Shown: positions 6,949 through 16,528, numbered from the stretch's first letter. The stretch: DNA of 26,466 nucleotides from a virus (IMGVR_UViG_3300032272_000061:1-26466); one strand, 5' to 3'. Numbers and translations are program-made. The notes: generated by a model from the letters alone, not told the origin.

Positions 6949-7226
6949 GTGTCTGTGATCCTTTGGTCTCGCTTCGCGTAGAAGTCGATGAGGGCTTGAA
7001 GTTGCAATCCGCAACTGATTAGATGAGATCTGTCGCGTATCCAGAATGCTTCGACTTCTGCTTGGGTCAAGGATCGAGATGGCAGCAGAACAGGCCGCTC
7101 ACAAGCAGCTAACAGCCCAAGAGGTGGGTCTGCAAGGATAGGTGGCTCAACGGATCCGATTGAGTCTGAACACGCTGTCATCACCGATAGCGCGGCGATC
7201 AGCATCAGGGTCTTCGGAACCTTCAA
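6945..7226 (-). CDS. Outer-membrane spanin (Rz1-like lipoprotein)
   Basis: Probable TTG start at 7226 with SD AAGGA gives signal MKVPKTLMLIAALSVMTA|C; Pro-rich mature part, two further Cys; overlaps the 3' end of Rz in another frame. Confidence 0.8.
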   Translation of the reverse strand: MKVPKTLMLIAALSVMTACSDSIGSVEPPILADPPLGLLAACERPVLLPSRSLTQAEVEAFWIRDRSHLISCGLQLQALIDFYAKRDQRITDT

Positions 7227-7521
7227 GCAACAGTCCTTCAATTTCTGTGTTGCGTTCATCAAGTAGTCTCTCGAGTTCTAGCTGTCTTTGTCTCGCTTCT
7301 TCGAGTGCCTCGTTGTTGGCCTCGATTTGACGATGACGTTCTTCTTGAATGGCGGTTTGATATTTTTGCTCTGTCACTTCGACCCCACGGTCGTAGCCGC
7401 TATCGTAGACCCACCACAGGGCAAAGACGATTGCTAACACTGCCAAGATATACGGCAAAAACTTCGCCAGCGCAACCCCAGCACGTTGTCCGATTAGCTT
7501 TATGAGTAAACCTGTAAACAT
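7147..7521 (-). CDS. Inner-membrane spanin (Rz-like)
   Basis: N-terminal TM (YILAVLAIVFALWWVY), YDSGYDRG, long coiled coil; overlapped by lipoprotein gene; SD GAGG. Confidence 0.82.
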   Translation of the reverse strand: MFTGLLIKLIGQRAGVALAKFLPYILAVLAIVFALWWVYDSGYDRGVEVTEQKYQTAIQEERHRQIEANNEALEEARQRQLELERLLDERNTEIEGLLLEGSEDPDADRRAIGDDSVFRLNRIR

Positions 7522-7637
7522 GGAACCTCTACGGACGCGCTGGTGGTAAGGTGGCGGGGCATAGTGCAGCCAGCGCGGCCACAGGGCGTCCGCCTGCGCC
7601 CTTTGTGGCCCTATTGGGTGGCGTTGGTGCGGGGCGG

Positions 7638-7931
7638 CTATGGCTGGCCATCTACAGGCTCCGTTATAATCTCCACACTACCATCTTTGAAGCGAAGATC
7701 GTTCACTTGAGTTATAGTGGATGATGTGAAGTAAGAGACGACAATGGTGGTACACATACCGAACAGAGTGCCCAAGAGGAAGGACAGTTTCTCGATCCGG
7801 TCTGCCGCTCCTTCTTGGGTCACACCATAGATGAGCATCCAGCCACCCACCCCGATCATGAACCAGAATGAAATCCATGCCATACGACGACGGTTCTTGA
7901 ACCTCATGTCTGCTTTCTTATCTTCATCCAT
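7638..7931 (-). CDS. Two-TM membrane protein, putative holin
   Basis: 97 aa; RFKNRRRMAW then two hydrophobic helices; first gene of the lysis cluster; TAATG coupling to the adhesin gene. Confidence 0.65.
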   Translation of the reverse strand: MDEDKKADMRFKNRRRMAWISFWFMIGVGGWMLIYGVTQEGAADRIEKLSFLLGTLFGMCTTIVVSYFTSSTITQVNDLRFKDGSVEIITEPVDGQP

Positions 7932-10900
7932 TAAATGTACTCCAGCGACAAGCTGACTATTTCACCAATGAGTTCTCTGTTGTTGATGTGATCACCGATA
8001 TTCATACGAAGCGAAGTTGGATCGAACACAGTGTAGGCTCCCGCGAGAGTATCGCTATCCTGCAACACTCCATCCACATGAAGCGTCAATGCAGTACCAA
8101 CTCGTCTGATTTCAATATCGTATTCTGTAGAGATTGAGATAGAATGTGACAGGTGCAGGGTCGCAGATGTACCGTTGTCTGAAGTATAGAATTGTATCAC
8201 AGGACCAGTATTCACACGGAAGACAAAGGACCGTTGATTTCCCACTGTATCGTAGAGTGACCAGATACCTTGCTCAGTAGCGGAAGTTGTCGTGAAGGTA
8301 CATTTGAATACGAAGTCTTTATCATCCAGATCAGGTCTGTCTTGACGAGAAGCGTTCTTCGAGAAGCGTAGTTCTGCATCACCGTCAAACTGCATGGCTC
8401 CGCCTTCAATTCGAACACGTTTGTTCTCGAACAGTGGATAGCTACCTTCCTGCATTACGATAGGTGCGCCATCACTGACGCCCACGGCGCTAAATGCGAA
8501 AGCTGTTTCAATGTTGCTTGCATCTCTGATAAATTCAGGTGGTTGGATGGTGATACCAGAAGTCGCAGTCCTAGCGGTGACCATAGCAGTGTAGAGACGA
8601 TTACCCATTGTGCGAAGAGCAGTGGAGTCGTAGTGAAGAGTATCTGCTGTAGTCAAATCTGTACCGACAGCGTGAGACGCGTTCTCTGTTAGACTTCCTA
8701 CCTCAGTGATACCAGCTTGGATTTCAGTGTAAGCTGGAGTATTAGGTGTGAGTGCAGATCCAGGAGCAATTTGCCCAAAGGCGAGAGGAGTGTCTGCTGC
8801 CCATCCATGGAAGTCTCCTGCTCGCATGATTTCAAACATGCTGAGAGGCATGGTCATATATTCATAACGACTGGTGCTCGCTGTGTTGAATAGTGAAGCA
8901 TAGTCAGCTACTTCATCTTCACCTTGTATCCACAGCGCTCCACTTACTTTGACACTCTCATATCCGTAGTTGTATTGAGCATTGGCGATAGCATCATTCC
9001 AACGAGCACGAGCATTCTCATAAGTGGTGCTTGTCCTGTTAGGTAGCCAATTACCAGCAATGAAACCTGTACCACCCTCGGCCATGCCGACTAGGATCAC
9101 CTTCCTTGGGCTATCATTTGACAAGATGTCTTTAGCAAAGGTCAGACCTGCACCAATCTCACCAGCGTTTTCACCGAAGTGATCAAGTGGATCAGCAGCG
9201 GTGATGAAGGTACTGCTGATAGCCTGGAACATTAGAATATCCGCGTCAGTGTCATCTTCTGGACTAATGATTGGTCCGTCGCGTCCGATCATATTTGACT
9301 GCCCAAGAAGAGCAAACATCATGATCTGACCTTCCTCAGCAGAAGTATGAGGATCAGTGAACACGATAGCTTCGGAGGCTACCCATGCCGAAGTCTTGGC
9401 TCTTTCAACATACCAAACAGGGTTCCATGTTACATTATCACTTGAAGCCTCAACGAAGAAAGTGTTGGGGTTCTGATTTGGGAAGGAGTCAGCGCGAGCA
9501 GTTAGTTCTACTTCCTTGATTGTCACAGGAGTTGTGTAATCCTGACCTACCCATCTGTCAGCGAGTGCAGTTAATGAGAACTGAACTCCCCATGAGTTGT
9601 TTCCTGACACAATATTGTCAAAGGCTTCCGTGTCTGGGAAACTAACACGTTCATCACCAGAGATGGCCTGACCAGTAGTCGCCGTGTCTGCTCCGCCAAT
9701 AGCTTGACGCATTTCCAGTTCAGCAATATGACCATACGCACCATTGTCTGAGTCTCCAAGTCTGACGCGCCAGTAACGATGCGCTCCTGAGACGCGGGGA
9801 TCACTAGAAGCAGTGTAAGTTCTGGACTCTTCGTTGGTGAAGTAGTCCTCGTAAATAACATCCCATTGTGTGACCCATTGTGTTCCGTCCCAGAATTCAA
9901 GATGCCAAGACACTGGCATGTGAAAGGCGTTTTCATCCTGTCTGGCGAACAGTCTGACTTCCTTAATCTCTTTTGTTGTGGCGAATTCATACTCAATCCA
10001 CCATTCGCTTCTATCTAGATCAGCCTCTATGTTAACAGACCAGCCGTGAGAAACAGTTGTCTTGTCTCCATCAAAAGCTTCAGAAGCAGTCCATCCAGTA
10101 CGATTTGTTCCTGCCGTGGCGGTGCCTCCAGTACATTCGTTTCCTCCAGCCAGAGTGACCGCCATTTCAATTTCTTGAATTGATAGAAATTGATTACTTC
10201 CTGATTGATCAACTTTAATACGCCAGCGAGTAGAGTCACCTTGAACAGGAACTACCGCTGGAGGTTTCATGTGATTGGCAATAGCCAAATGATCTGATGG
10301 TGTGATAACAGAGGTAGAACAGAAGGCGTGAGAAATCTCTCCGGTGAACTGGTTATCTTCACTTAAGTTCGTCAGTGATGTATTTCTCGCACCGATATAT
10401 ATATCAGCTGCATTATCAGCACCACCAGCAAGACGAGTTTCATTGAGAACTTCCACACCGTCAAGATAAAGCCAGATATCGGTAGCATCCCATGAAACAG
10501 CGGCCACGTACCATTCTGTAGAAGATCGAAGATCAGTTGCTCCTGGATCCTTAGTGGTGTCTGAGCCATTACCACCGACACCAGTGGAGAGGACCCCATC
10601 CGTCAGTGACAACCATGCACGTTCTGTTCCTATAGCAGATCCGATAAGAACCTGAGTTCCAGCCACCGCTAAATCAGCGCGGAATTTAACAATGTAGGTC
10701 ATCGCTGTATTACTCGGATGAAGACCAGATTTCAAGTGATCGTCAGTTCCATCAAAGATTAGGGAATTATTAGGGACTTCCCATTCTGGTTCCTGACCGG
10801 CTACATCAACCGTCACGTCGTTAAAGCCCGCTTGATCTGTGATACTTCCCACCGTTTGGGCATCGGCACTAATTGCAGTTGTGAAAGCGTCATCCTGATA

Positions 10901-11023
10901 CTTATCGGCTTCTTCCATATCGAAATAGAAGCCATCGGGAGTGACTTTATTTATGGGAAACGCTACAGTGGAACCACCAAGGCCTCCAGAAGCAGCGATG
11001 ATTGCAAGGGCTGAGGTTATCAT
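7931..11023 (-). CDS. Receptor-binding protein/adhesin: LamG - 2x discoidin-like - SGNH (SASA-type) carbohydrate esterase - LamG
   Basis: FDGTDD...WYVAAVSWD...LYLDG...IYIGA...FTGEI (LamG); two R(Y)WR...E.E...EAFD...W repeats; LLGQSNM, GGTGF, WIQGEDE, DTLHY esterase blocks; C-terminal LHVDG...IGD...LIGEI LamG. Confidence 0.8.
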   Translation of the reverse strand: MITSALAIIAASGGLGGSTVAFPINKVTPDGFYFDMEEADKYQDDAFTTAISADAQTVGSITDQAGFNDVTVDVAGQEPEWEVPNNSLIFDGTDDHLKSGLHPSNTAMTYIVKFRADLAVAGTQVLIGSAIGTERAWLSLTDGVLSTGVGGNGSDTTKDPGATDLRSSTEWYVAAVSWDATDIWLYLDGVEVLNETRLAGGADNAADIYIGARNTSLTNLSEDNQFTGEISHAFCSTSVITPSDHLAIANHMKPPAVVPVQGDSTRWRIKVDQSGSNQFLSIQEIEMAVTLAGGNECTGGTATAGTNRTGWTASEAFDGDKTTVSHGWSVNIEADLDRSEWWIEYEFATTKEIKEVRLFARQDENAFHMPVSWHLEFWDGTQWVTQWDVIYEDYFTNEESRTYTASSDPRVSGAHRYWRVRLGDSDNGAYGHIAELEMRQAIGGADTATTGQAISGDERVSFPDTEAFDNIVSGNNSWGVQFSLTALADRWVGQDYTTPVTIKEVELTARADSFPNQNPNTFFVEASSDNVTWNPVWYVERAKTSAWVASEAIVFTDPHTSAEEGQIMMFALLGQSNMIGRDGPIISPEDDTDADILMFQAISSTFITAADPLDHFGENAGEIGAGLTFAKDILSNDSPRKVILVGMAEGGTGFIAGNWLPNRTSTTYENARARWNDAIANAQYNYGYESVKVSGALWIQGEDEVADYASLFNTASTSRYEYMTMPLSMFEIMRAGDFHGWAADTPLAFGQIAPGSALTPNTPAYTEIQAGITEVGSLTENASHAVGTDLTTADTLHYDSTALRTMGNRLYTAMVTARTATSGITIQPPEFIRDASNIETAFAFSAVGVSDGAPIVMQEGSYPLFENKRVRIEGGAMQFDGDAELRFSKNASRQDRPDLDDKDFVFKCTFTTTSATEQGIWSLYDTVGNQRSFVFRVNTGPVIQFYTSDNGTSATLHLSHSISISTEYDIEIRRVGTALTLHVDGVLQDSDTLAGAYTVFDPTSLRMNIGDHINNRELIGEIVSLSLEYI

Positions 11024-11439
11024 ACGATATTCCCAAATAGGATAGCATTGGTCCCGGACTTGAACTTGATACCCTGAGTTGTAAATTGACCATTGGAAAG
11101 AATAGCAGCGGAAGCGGAGTCGAGAGTGAAGCCAGCACCAGCAGTAAAGGTCATAACTCCAACGCCACCTTGTTCGAACAGAATGATGTCACCAGCAGAG
11201 AAGATACCAGTGTTGATGGTCACTGTGATCGCAGCGCCATTGGTGAACTCAATCCATGAGCCGACGTCGCCGATTGCTAGAACTCTTGCTGTGGTAGCAT
11301 CTGTGACTATCGGTGCATCTAAGGCGGCAAGTTGAGCCGATGTGATTTTCCTTGAGTTAACGCCTTGGACGCCATGAATTACTTCCGTCCCGTCCAGCTT
11401 AGTGGCTGCGGTCAACGCTGTGATTGTTTTATCAGCCAT
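11020..11439 (-). CDS. Short tail fibre/adaptor protein
   Basis: 139 aa; MADKTITALTAATKLDGTE fibre-type N-terminus and C-terminal beta domain (AITVTI...QGGVGVMTFTAGAG...LFGNIV); coupled to both neighbours. Confidence 0.65.
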   Translation of the reverse strand: MADKTITALTAATKLDGTEVIHGVQGVNSRKITSAQLAALDAPIVTDATTARVLAIGDVGSWIEFTNGAAITVTINTGIFSAGDIILFEQGGVGVMTFTAGAGFTLDSASAAILSNGQFTTQGIKFKSGTNAILFGNIV

Positions 11440-13997
11440 TACGCTTCATCTCCTGAGAATTCAATTATATCAGTTCCGCTTTGAGCGTCACCTGAAAGAA
11501 GTAGTTTATCTGTCCCGCTTTGCTCATCACCTGAGAGCAACAGTCTATTAGCAACGATTGTGAATGCAAGCATAGCGTAACCAGAGGAAACACGCAAGTC
11601 ACCAACGGTACGACGGGCGAACACTCTGATCTCACCATCAGCTGTCAGTCCTGGAAAATTAGCAGCTAGAGGCAACGTATGAGGCGATGTAACACCGAGG
11701 GCAGTCAGTCCTGGAACAGCAACTCCACTTTGGGTCACATAGACATCGTAAGTCTCTGCTTGGTCTGGTGTCTGAGTTGCATCAGTTTCTATGGCTACAT
11801 CATCCTCATCACGGTTACTGGAAACCCAAGTGAGGGAGACATCAGCGGCTGTCACGACTGGTGTGCGTGATCCACCAAAGGATAGGTTCCTTGGACGTAG
11901 AGGGCGATTGGCGATGCTGTCATTCAGAATAGCATTCTGTTCAATGATGTCATCGATGCTTTGAACCACTGCTCCAACTCTATCGAGAGGTGTGAAGTAG
12001 ACAGTGCCTCCTTCCAGAATTGACAGGTCACCATTAGGCATGTGATCGAAGTTGAATTCCCAGACCTCAGTGCCGATAGGGTGTGTCTGAGGAGTGGTGC
12101 CGAACAGACCACGGTAGACGTTCTCAATAGTCCACTGGTTGCCACCATCATCAGTCGCCGATGTATAGCCCATCCACTCACCACCAACATAGAGTAGACC
12201 GAACTCAGCGGCCCTGATCTGTGCAAGGCTTGGTGATGTAGTGAAGCCGAGCCAGTTCACACTACTCACTGACATGCCGACAGTTGTGTCCTGACCAGTT
12301 GTCTGACCTTCAATCTTGTTATACTCAACGTCCAGTTGTCCCGCTCCAAGGTAAGGACCATGCTCTGGCTGATATACTTGAGACGGATCAGCGGCAGAGT
12401 CAGAGCCTGCAATCATGAAGGTCTGTGATACCGAGGAAGGCTGCTTCGCGATAATGATAGGTGTGACTTCACCATCTGGCAGTGGGAACTCAATTGCCCG
12501 AGCCATGACATATGGAGCCTCTATCGCCTCTGTGAGTACGATGTTTGTTGGCGTGGTAACAGGTGCGACCCAACCAGAGCCAGAAGGTGCAGCAAATACA
12601 GTCTGGTTAAGAGCGAAGCTATCCTGCAGACACTTGACCACGATGCGACCATCCAGTAGTTCACCGAGATCAAACTCCTGAACACGTAGGACAAGGTTCG
12701 TGAAGCCATACTCAGGCCAGTCCATCTTGAACACTGTTCCAGGACGAAGGACCGAGGCGTTTCGGTTCATCTCAAGTGTGATACGGAACAGCGGAATGGA
12801 CATCTGCGCCCGCTCACGAGAAGCGATATCGTTTGCTAGATCAGAGTCATAGACAAATGGCATGGACAAAGTAGTTGACCGAAGACGCCCAATGGTGGCG
12901 ACAGTAGCTAAGTCTTGTGAGATAGCGACTGCGTTGCTTTCTTTGTCACGCTGAGGAAAGCTGATCTTCACTTGGGCCATGACCTCGTCCCAGCCTGACC
13001 GAGCAAACTCTTTCACTTTGACGATATCGTTTGCATCGAACAGTGGTAGAGTGCCGACATCATAGTCATCACGGATAAGAATGAATTTGATCTTACCAGT
13101 GGCAGGATCTTGGTAAGCGACGCCATCCACCTGACGGAGGATCTCAGTAATCAATCCTTTACCGTTTGTCTCTGCAGTGACCAATACAGAACAACCGTTA
13201 CCCTCAGTTAAGAGAGTTTCACCGAACGCCTGCAAGGCTGGAATATCAATCTCCAAGGTACTGATACCCATGCCGCGCCAGCCATCAGTCATGATCTGGA
13301 AGATTGCTTCGGCAGGGTTCATGTCCTCACCAACCTTACCAGCACCAGTCAGACCAAGACCATTGGTATAGCTTTCAAGGATGAATGCCATTTTGCGAAG
13401 CTGAGCACTTTCACCAAGCCATAGATCAGCATAGAGGTGAGCGGTGCCCAAGTAAGCGGGAACATTGCCAACACCGACGTGCGTTTCAAGAGCGGTGTTC
13501 ACAGGCTGCTGAGCGAGATCCAACGATCCAGGATAGTAAGTACCACCGACACTGAAACCACCACCTGACTTGTAGCCTCCGAAGAAAGAACTGTCACTAG
13601 CAGATACCGCAGTCACCGAGGTAGCGTTTGTCGTACCAGTCCAGAACTCTTTATCATCAACGAAGATAGCTGTCATTACAGTCTCTGGACCCATAGCCAA
13701 AGCAAGGTCAATAGACATATAATAGTTATGACCGACAGTAATAGTCTTTTTCTTAAATAGGCTGACCTTGATGCGTTCTGTGATTGCGACAGCTCTGAAG
13801 TTTCCCCACCAAGTTGTGTTAGGAGCCTTCATGCGAACCTTACCGAGGACCAGCGGGATAGGCGCATCTTCAGTCGCCCTTGGGAACTGTTCAGGGTTGA
13901 GTTCTTGAGGACGAGCATTCTCAATGTTCGGTGACGGAGCCAGCAGGGCTGTCAGAACAAAGGAAACGACGAAAAGGGCTAGGGTAAACCAGATCAT
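11439..13997 (-). CDS. Tail tip / central baseplate protein (GTA-like phage-tail family)
   Basis: 852 aa; IPLVLGKVR, VPAYLG, MNPAEAI, ILRQVDG, LIRDDY, VYRGLFGTTPQTH, PLRPRNL; follows hub gene by ATGA overlap. Confidence 0.85.
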   Translation of the reverse strand: MIWFTLALFVVSFVLTALLAPSPNIENARPQELNPEQFPRATEDAPIPLVLGKVRMKAPNTTWWGNFRAVAITERIKVSLFKKKTITVGHNYYMSIDLALAMGPETVMTAIFVDDKEFWTGTTNATSVTAVSASDSSFFGGYKSGGGFSVGGTYYPGSLDLAQQPVNTALETHVGVGNVPAYLGTAHLYADLWLGESAQLRKMAFILESYTNGLGLTGAGKVGEDMNPAEAIFQIMTDGWRGMGISTLEIDIPALQAFGETLLTEGNGCSVLVTAETNGKGLITEILRQVDGVAYQDPATGKIKFILIRDDYDVGTLPLFDANDIVKVKEFARSGWDEVMAQVKISFPQRDKESNAVAISQDLATVATIGRLRSTTLSMPFVYDSDLANDIASRERAQMSIPLFRITLEMNRNASVLRPGTVFKMDWPEYGFTNLVLRVQEFDLGELLDGRIVVKCLQDSFALNQTVFAAPSGSGWVAPVTTPTNIVLTEAIEAPYVMARAIEFPLPDGEVTPIIIAKQPSSVSQTFMIAGSDSAADPSQVYQPEHGPYLGAGQLDVEYNKIEGQTTGQDTTVGMSVSSVNWLGFTTSPSLAQIRAAEFGLLYVGGEWMGYTSATDDGGNQWTIENVYRGLFGTTPQTHPIGTEVWEFNFDHMPNGDLSILEGGTVYFTPLDRVGAVVQSIDDIIEQNAILNDSIANRPLRPRNLSFGGSRTPVVTAADVSLTWVSSNRDEDDVAIETDATQTPDQAETYDVYVTQSGVAVPGLTALGVTSPHTLPLAANFPGLTADGEIRVFARRTVGDLRVSSGYAMLAFTIVANRLLLSGDEQSGTDKLLLSGDAQSGTDIIEFSGDEA

Positions 13998-14803
13998 TGG
14001 ATATTACTCGTGAAAGGGTTAATGTCTGGAACAAGTGGAAATCCACCAAACCGAGCGCCGTTGTTAAATCTAGCAATGCAGTGACCATCGAGTGCATGGT
14101 CGCAGCCTTTGCGTAGTGTGATTGCGTCCCCATTGCTGAGGCTAGAAAAGGCATAGCTGACTTGGACTGCTGTCCCTACGTTACTGATAATCATTCGGGC
14201 TTCGCCTCCAGGAGCGATCATGATACCAGCGGCACCTTCGTTATCAACCCAAGGAAGATCTGCCACGTTGAGATTGAACCCATTGAAACTATCGACTGTT
14301 GTGATATGTTGAAACAGAGCAGGATTAACGCCGCATTGTGTGCTGTAGAGGACATGGTTGCAGGGAGCCTGAAAGCGTGGTGTCGGCGTGTTGCCTTCCA
14401 GCACATAGCTGAACGTAGCAGGGACGCGCAGCTTGGCCGTGCGGCCCGATACGGATACCCCTGTGACCCTGCCAGACCATAGCAGAACGGTATCGTCATA
14501 GTCCTGCTGGTGCGCCCTGAGCAGTTCTAGGGTCAGGTTAGGCGGAGCGCTTTCGTAAGCATATTCCTGAACCAGAGGATGGTCAAATGGCAGTGTGATT
14601 TCGAGAGCGCGTTCACCGCCGTTCTCTTGGGTTCCTACATTCAACTTGTTCCGTGAAATTGGTGCCAGATCAAACAACTGTCCACCAGAAGTGACAGGCT
14701 CCGCAAAACTGGTAAGTCTGTACGTGTTGAAAGTCCCCGTGAACCGATACAGTTCTACTGGCTTCGCTGTGTCTGCACCTGTCTCATTGTCTATATATGC
14801 CAT
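13994..14803 (-). CDS. Baseplate hub protein, DUF2163/BR0599 family with four conserved Cys
   Basis: PVELYRF, QAPCNHVLYSTQCGV, GCDHALDGHCIARFNNGARFGGFPLVP; Cys pattern typical of Fe-S-binding tail-tip proteins such as lambda gpL. Confidence 0.88.
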   Translation of the reverse strand: MAYIDNETGADTAKPVELYRFTGTFNTYRLTSFAEPVTSGGQLFDLAPISRNKLNVGTQENGGERALEITLPFDHPLVQEYAYESAPPNLTLELLRAHQQDYDDTVLLWSGRVTGVSVSGRTAKLRVPATFSYVLEGNTPTPRFQAPCNHVLYSTQCGVNPALFQHITTVDSFNGFNLNVADLPWVDNEGAAGIMIAPGGEARMIISNVGTAVQVSYAFSSLSNGDAITLRKGCDHALDGHCIARFNNGARFGGFPLVPDINPFTSNIQ

Positions 14804-16528
14804 TTATTCATCCGTTGAGGTGATACCAAAGCTGACCACACTATAGTTCGCAAAATGCTGCCATGCAATAGTATCACTGGCTCGACAGCGCATTAGGAAA
14901 GAAATCCTGACAATCTGGTTCTCGTATTCAGGTCCAGATGGTATTGCAGGGGTGAAACCCAAGGTGGCGGTTCCGTCACCGTTTGCTGTTGCAGAGGTAA
15001 CTTCGTGTTGAGTTCTCAACTGGAAACCGCTATGAGGATCACCATAAGCAATCTCAATCTGTTTCCATGTGTTGAAGGCGTAGAATAGATTTACATAGTC
15101 ACTTTCGTTGACAATGAACTGAGAAGCGCCATCGGGAATAGTCTGTGTTAGTTCAAGTGTCAAGTCAGGGAAGTAAGTCGATAGATAGAATGTTCCATGA
15201 GCACCGCGCACTTCTTCAAATAGCGAACGCCAGTAATCCATCTCATCAGGATCTGATACACGTTGGATCGTGAACTGGCGCTTGCCTTTTATCCTTGGGT
15301 GAAGATGACTACTATTCAGATCGCGCTGTCCAGTAATGTTATCAATAACTTCCCGATCAAACTCGAAGTTCTCATCAGCTGAAACGAGGGGTCTGCGATT
15401 AAGCAGTGGGCGACCACCGAGCATATCAACTGTACGAGTTGCCCCTGAACGAAGTAGTGAAGGCTCGTTATAGGATTGCGCTTTAATGGACAAGGTGCCA
15501 GTAACACTATCCATGCGAATGCCGGAGTTATCCGCGATGACACAGAGCATAGTTGGCATGACAACCCAAGTGGGACCTGAGATCTCTTCACCTGCTGCCG
15601 AATTCAATATAGCACCGTCGGCCTCGATTGTGTTCACCACACCAAGGCTAGACTGTTCTGAGGCAGTGTTCACAACCGCAAGGAATTGTCCTACTCGTAC
15701 GTTAGAACGAGAGGGGTCAAAGAAGATCTTACTTGCGCCAATTGCGGTCGTACCTGTTATCGGAGTGGAGTACTGATACATCGGCACAAGGGCTGTCACA
15801 GCAATGTTCTTTTGAAGCAACTCGTATTGCTCACGGCGTTGACGTTCGTTGATGATCTCAACTTTGAACTCTTGATCGATACGTGGGTAGCGACGAAGTG
15901 ATGCTCGCTGCTCGCTGCCATCATAAGCCGTGATGATATCAGTAAGGAAGTTCCACCGCTCTGTGACAGGTACGTCAGGGATCAGGTTAAAGGTCGATGA
16001 GATAGCTGCAATCAAGCGTAGTGTGCCATCCACATCAGGATAGTCGAACACGATAGTCGCGTCAACAGTCGGTTCTCCTGGACCGATCTGTAGGTTGGTC
16101 TCCAATAACTGAGCATCATTGATGACATCAAGCGGCATCAGATCAAACGACAGGACTGCTGATCCACTGATATTGATACTGTTCAACGACTGTGGTGTTG
16201 GCCATGTGTTCCAAAGCTGGAATGGAATATTGGAGTTTAGCTGAGGGTTGGTCAATTGCAAGACTGGTGGAATAACCCAAAGGCGCAGATGGAAGTCTGA
16301 CCATTGGCCTCCAGAGATGATACCACCACCGCTTCCCCAATTCTCAGTGAACTCACCAGCATTATCATTCGCCAGCGTTTCCTCCCAGACAGAGATCCCT
16401 TCTGCGACGTCCAATCCAGTAGTAGCCTCTTGACGAGGTACGACTGCGGTGCGATACGAGATAGACAGAGGATCACCGCCAGTCAAGGCTGGAAATCCAC
16501 TGACTGTACCTTCGTGAATAAAAGACAT
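14804..16528 (-). CDS. Virion structural protein (distal tail region)
   Basis: 574 aa; VTERWNFLTDIITAYDGSEQRASLRRYPR motif recalled from YuA-type tail proteins; immediately upstream of hub. Confidence 0.75.
   Translation of the reverse strand: MSFIHEGTVSGFPALTGGDPLSISYRTAVVPRQEATTGLDVAEGISVWEETLANDNAGEFTENWGSGGGIISGGQWSDFHLRLWVIPPVLQLTNPQLNSNIPFQLWNTWPTPQSLNSINISGSAVLSFDLMPLDVINDAQLLETNLQIGPGEPTVDATIVFDYPDVDGTLRLIAAISSTFNLIPDVPVTERWNFLTDIITAYDGSEQRASLRRYPRIDQEFKVEIINERQRREQYELLQKNIAVTALVPMYQYSTPITGTTAIGASKIFFDPSRSNVRVGQFLAVVNTASEQSSLGVVNTIEADGAILNSAAGEEISGPTWVVMPTMLCVIADNSGIRMDSVTGTLSIKAQSYNEPSLLRSGATRTVDMLGGRPLLNRRPLVSADENFEFDREVIDNITGQRDLNSSHLHPRIKGKRQFTIQRVSDPDEMDYWRSLFEEVRGAHGTFYLSTYFPDLTLELTQTIPDGASQFIVNESDYVNLFYAFNTWKQIEIAYGDPHSGFQLRTQHEVTSATANGDGTATLGFTPAIPSGPEYENQIVRISFLMRCRASDTIAWQHFANYSVVSFGITSTDE

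Noticed and set aside
7931-11023. Diversity-generating retroelement target
   Set aside because: No reverse transcriptase and no near-identical template repeat seen in the window; the internal domain repeats are highly diverged.
7931-11439. Lower GC of the adhesin region as proof of recent horizontal transfer
   Set aside because: Spot checks suggest lower GC, but parts of the RecD-like helicase are similarly low; needs a sliding-window and codon-usage calculation.
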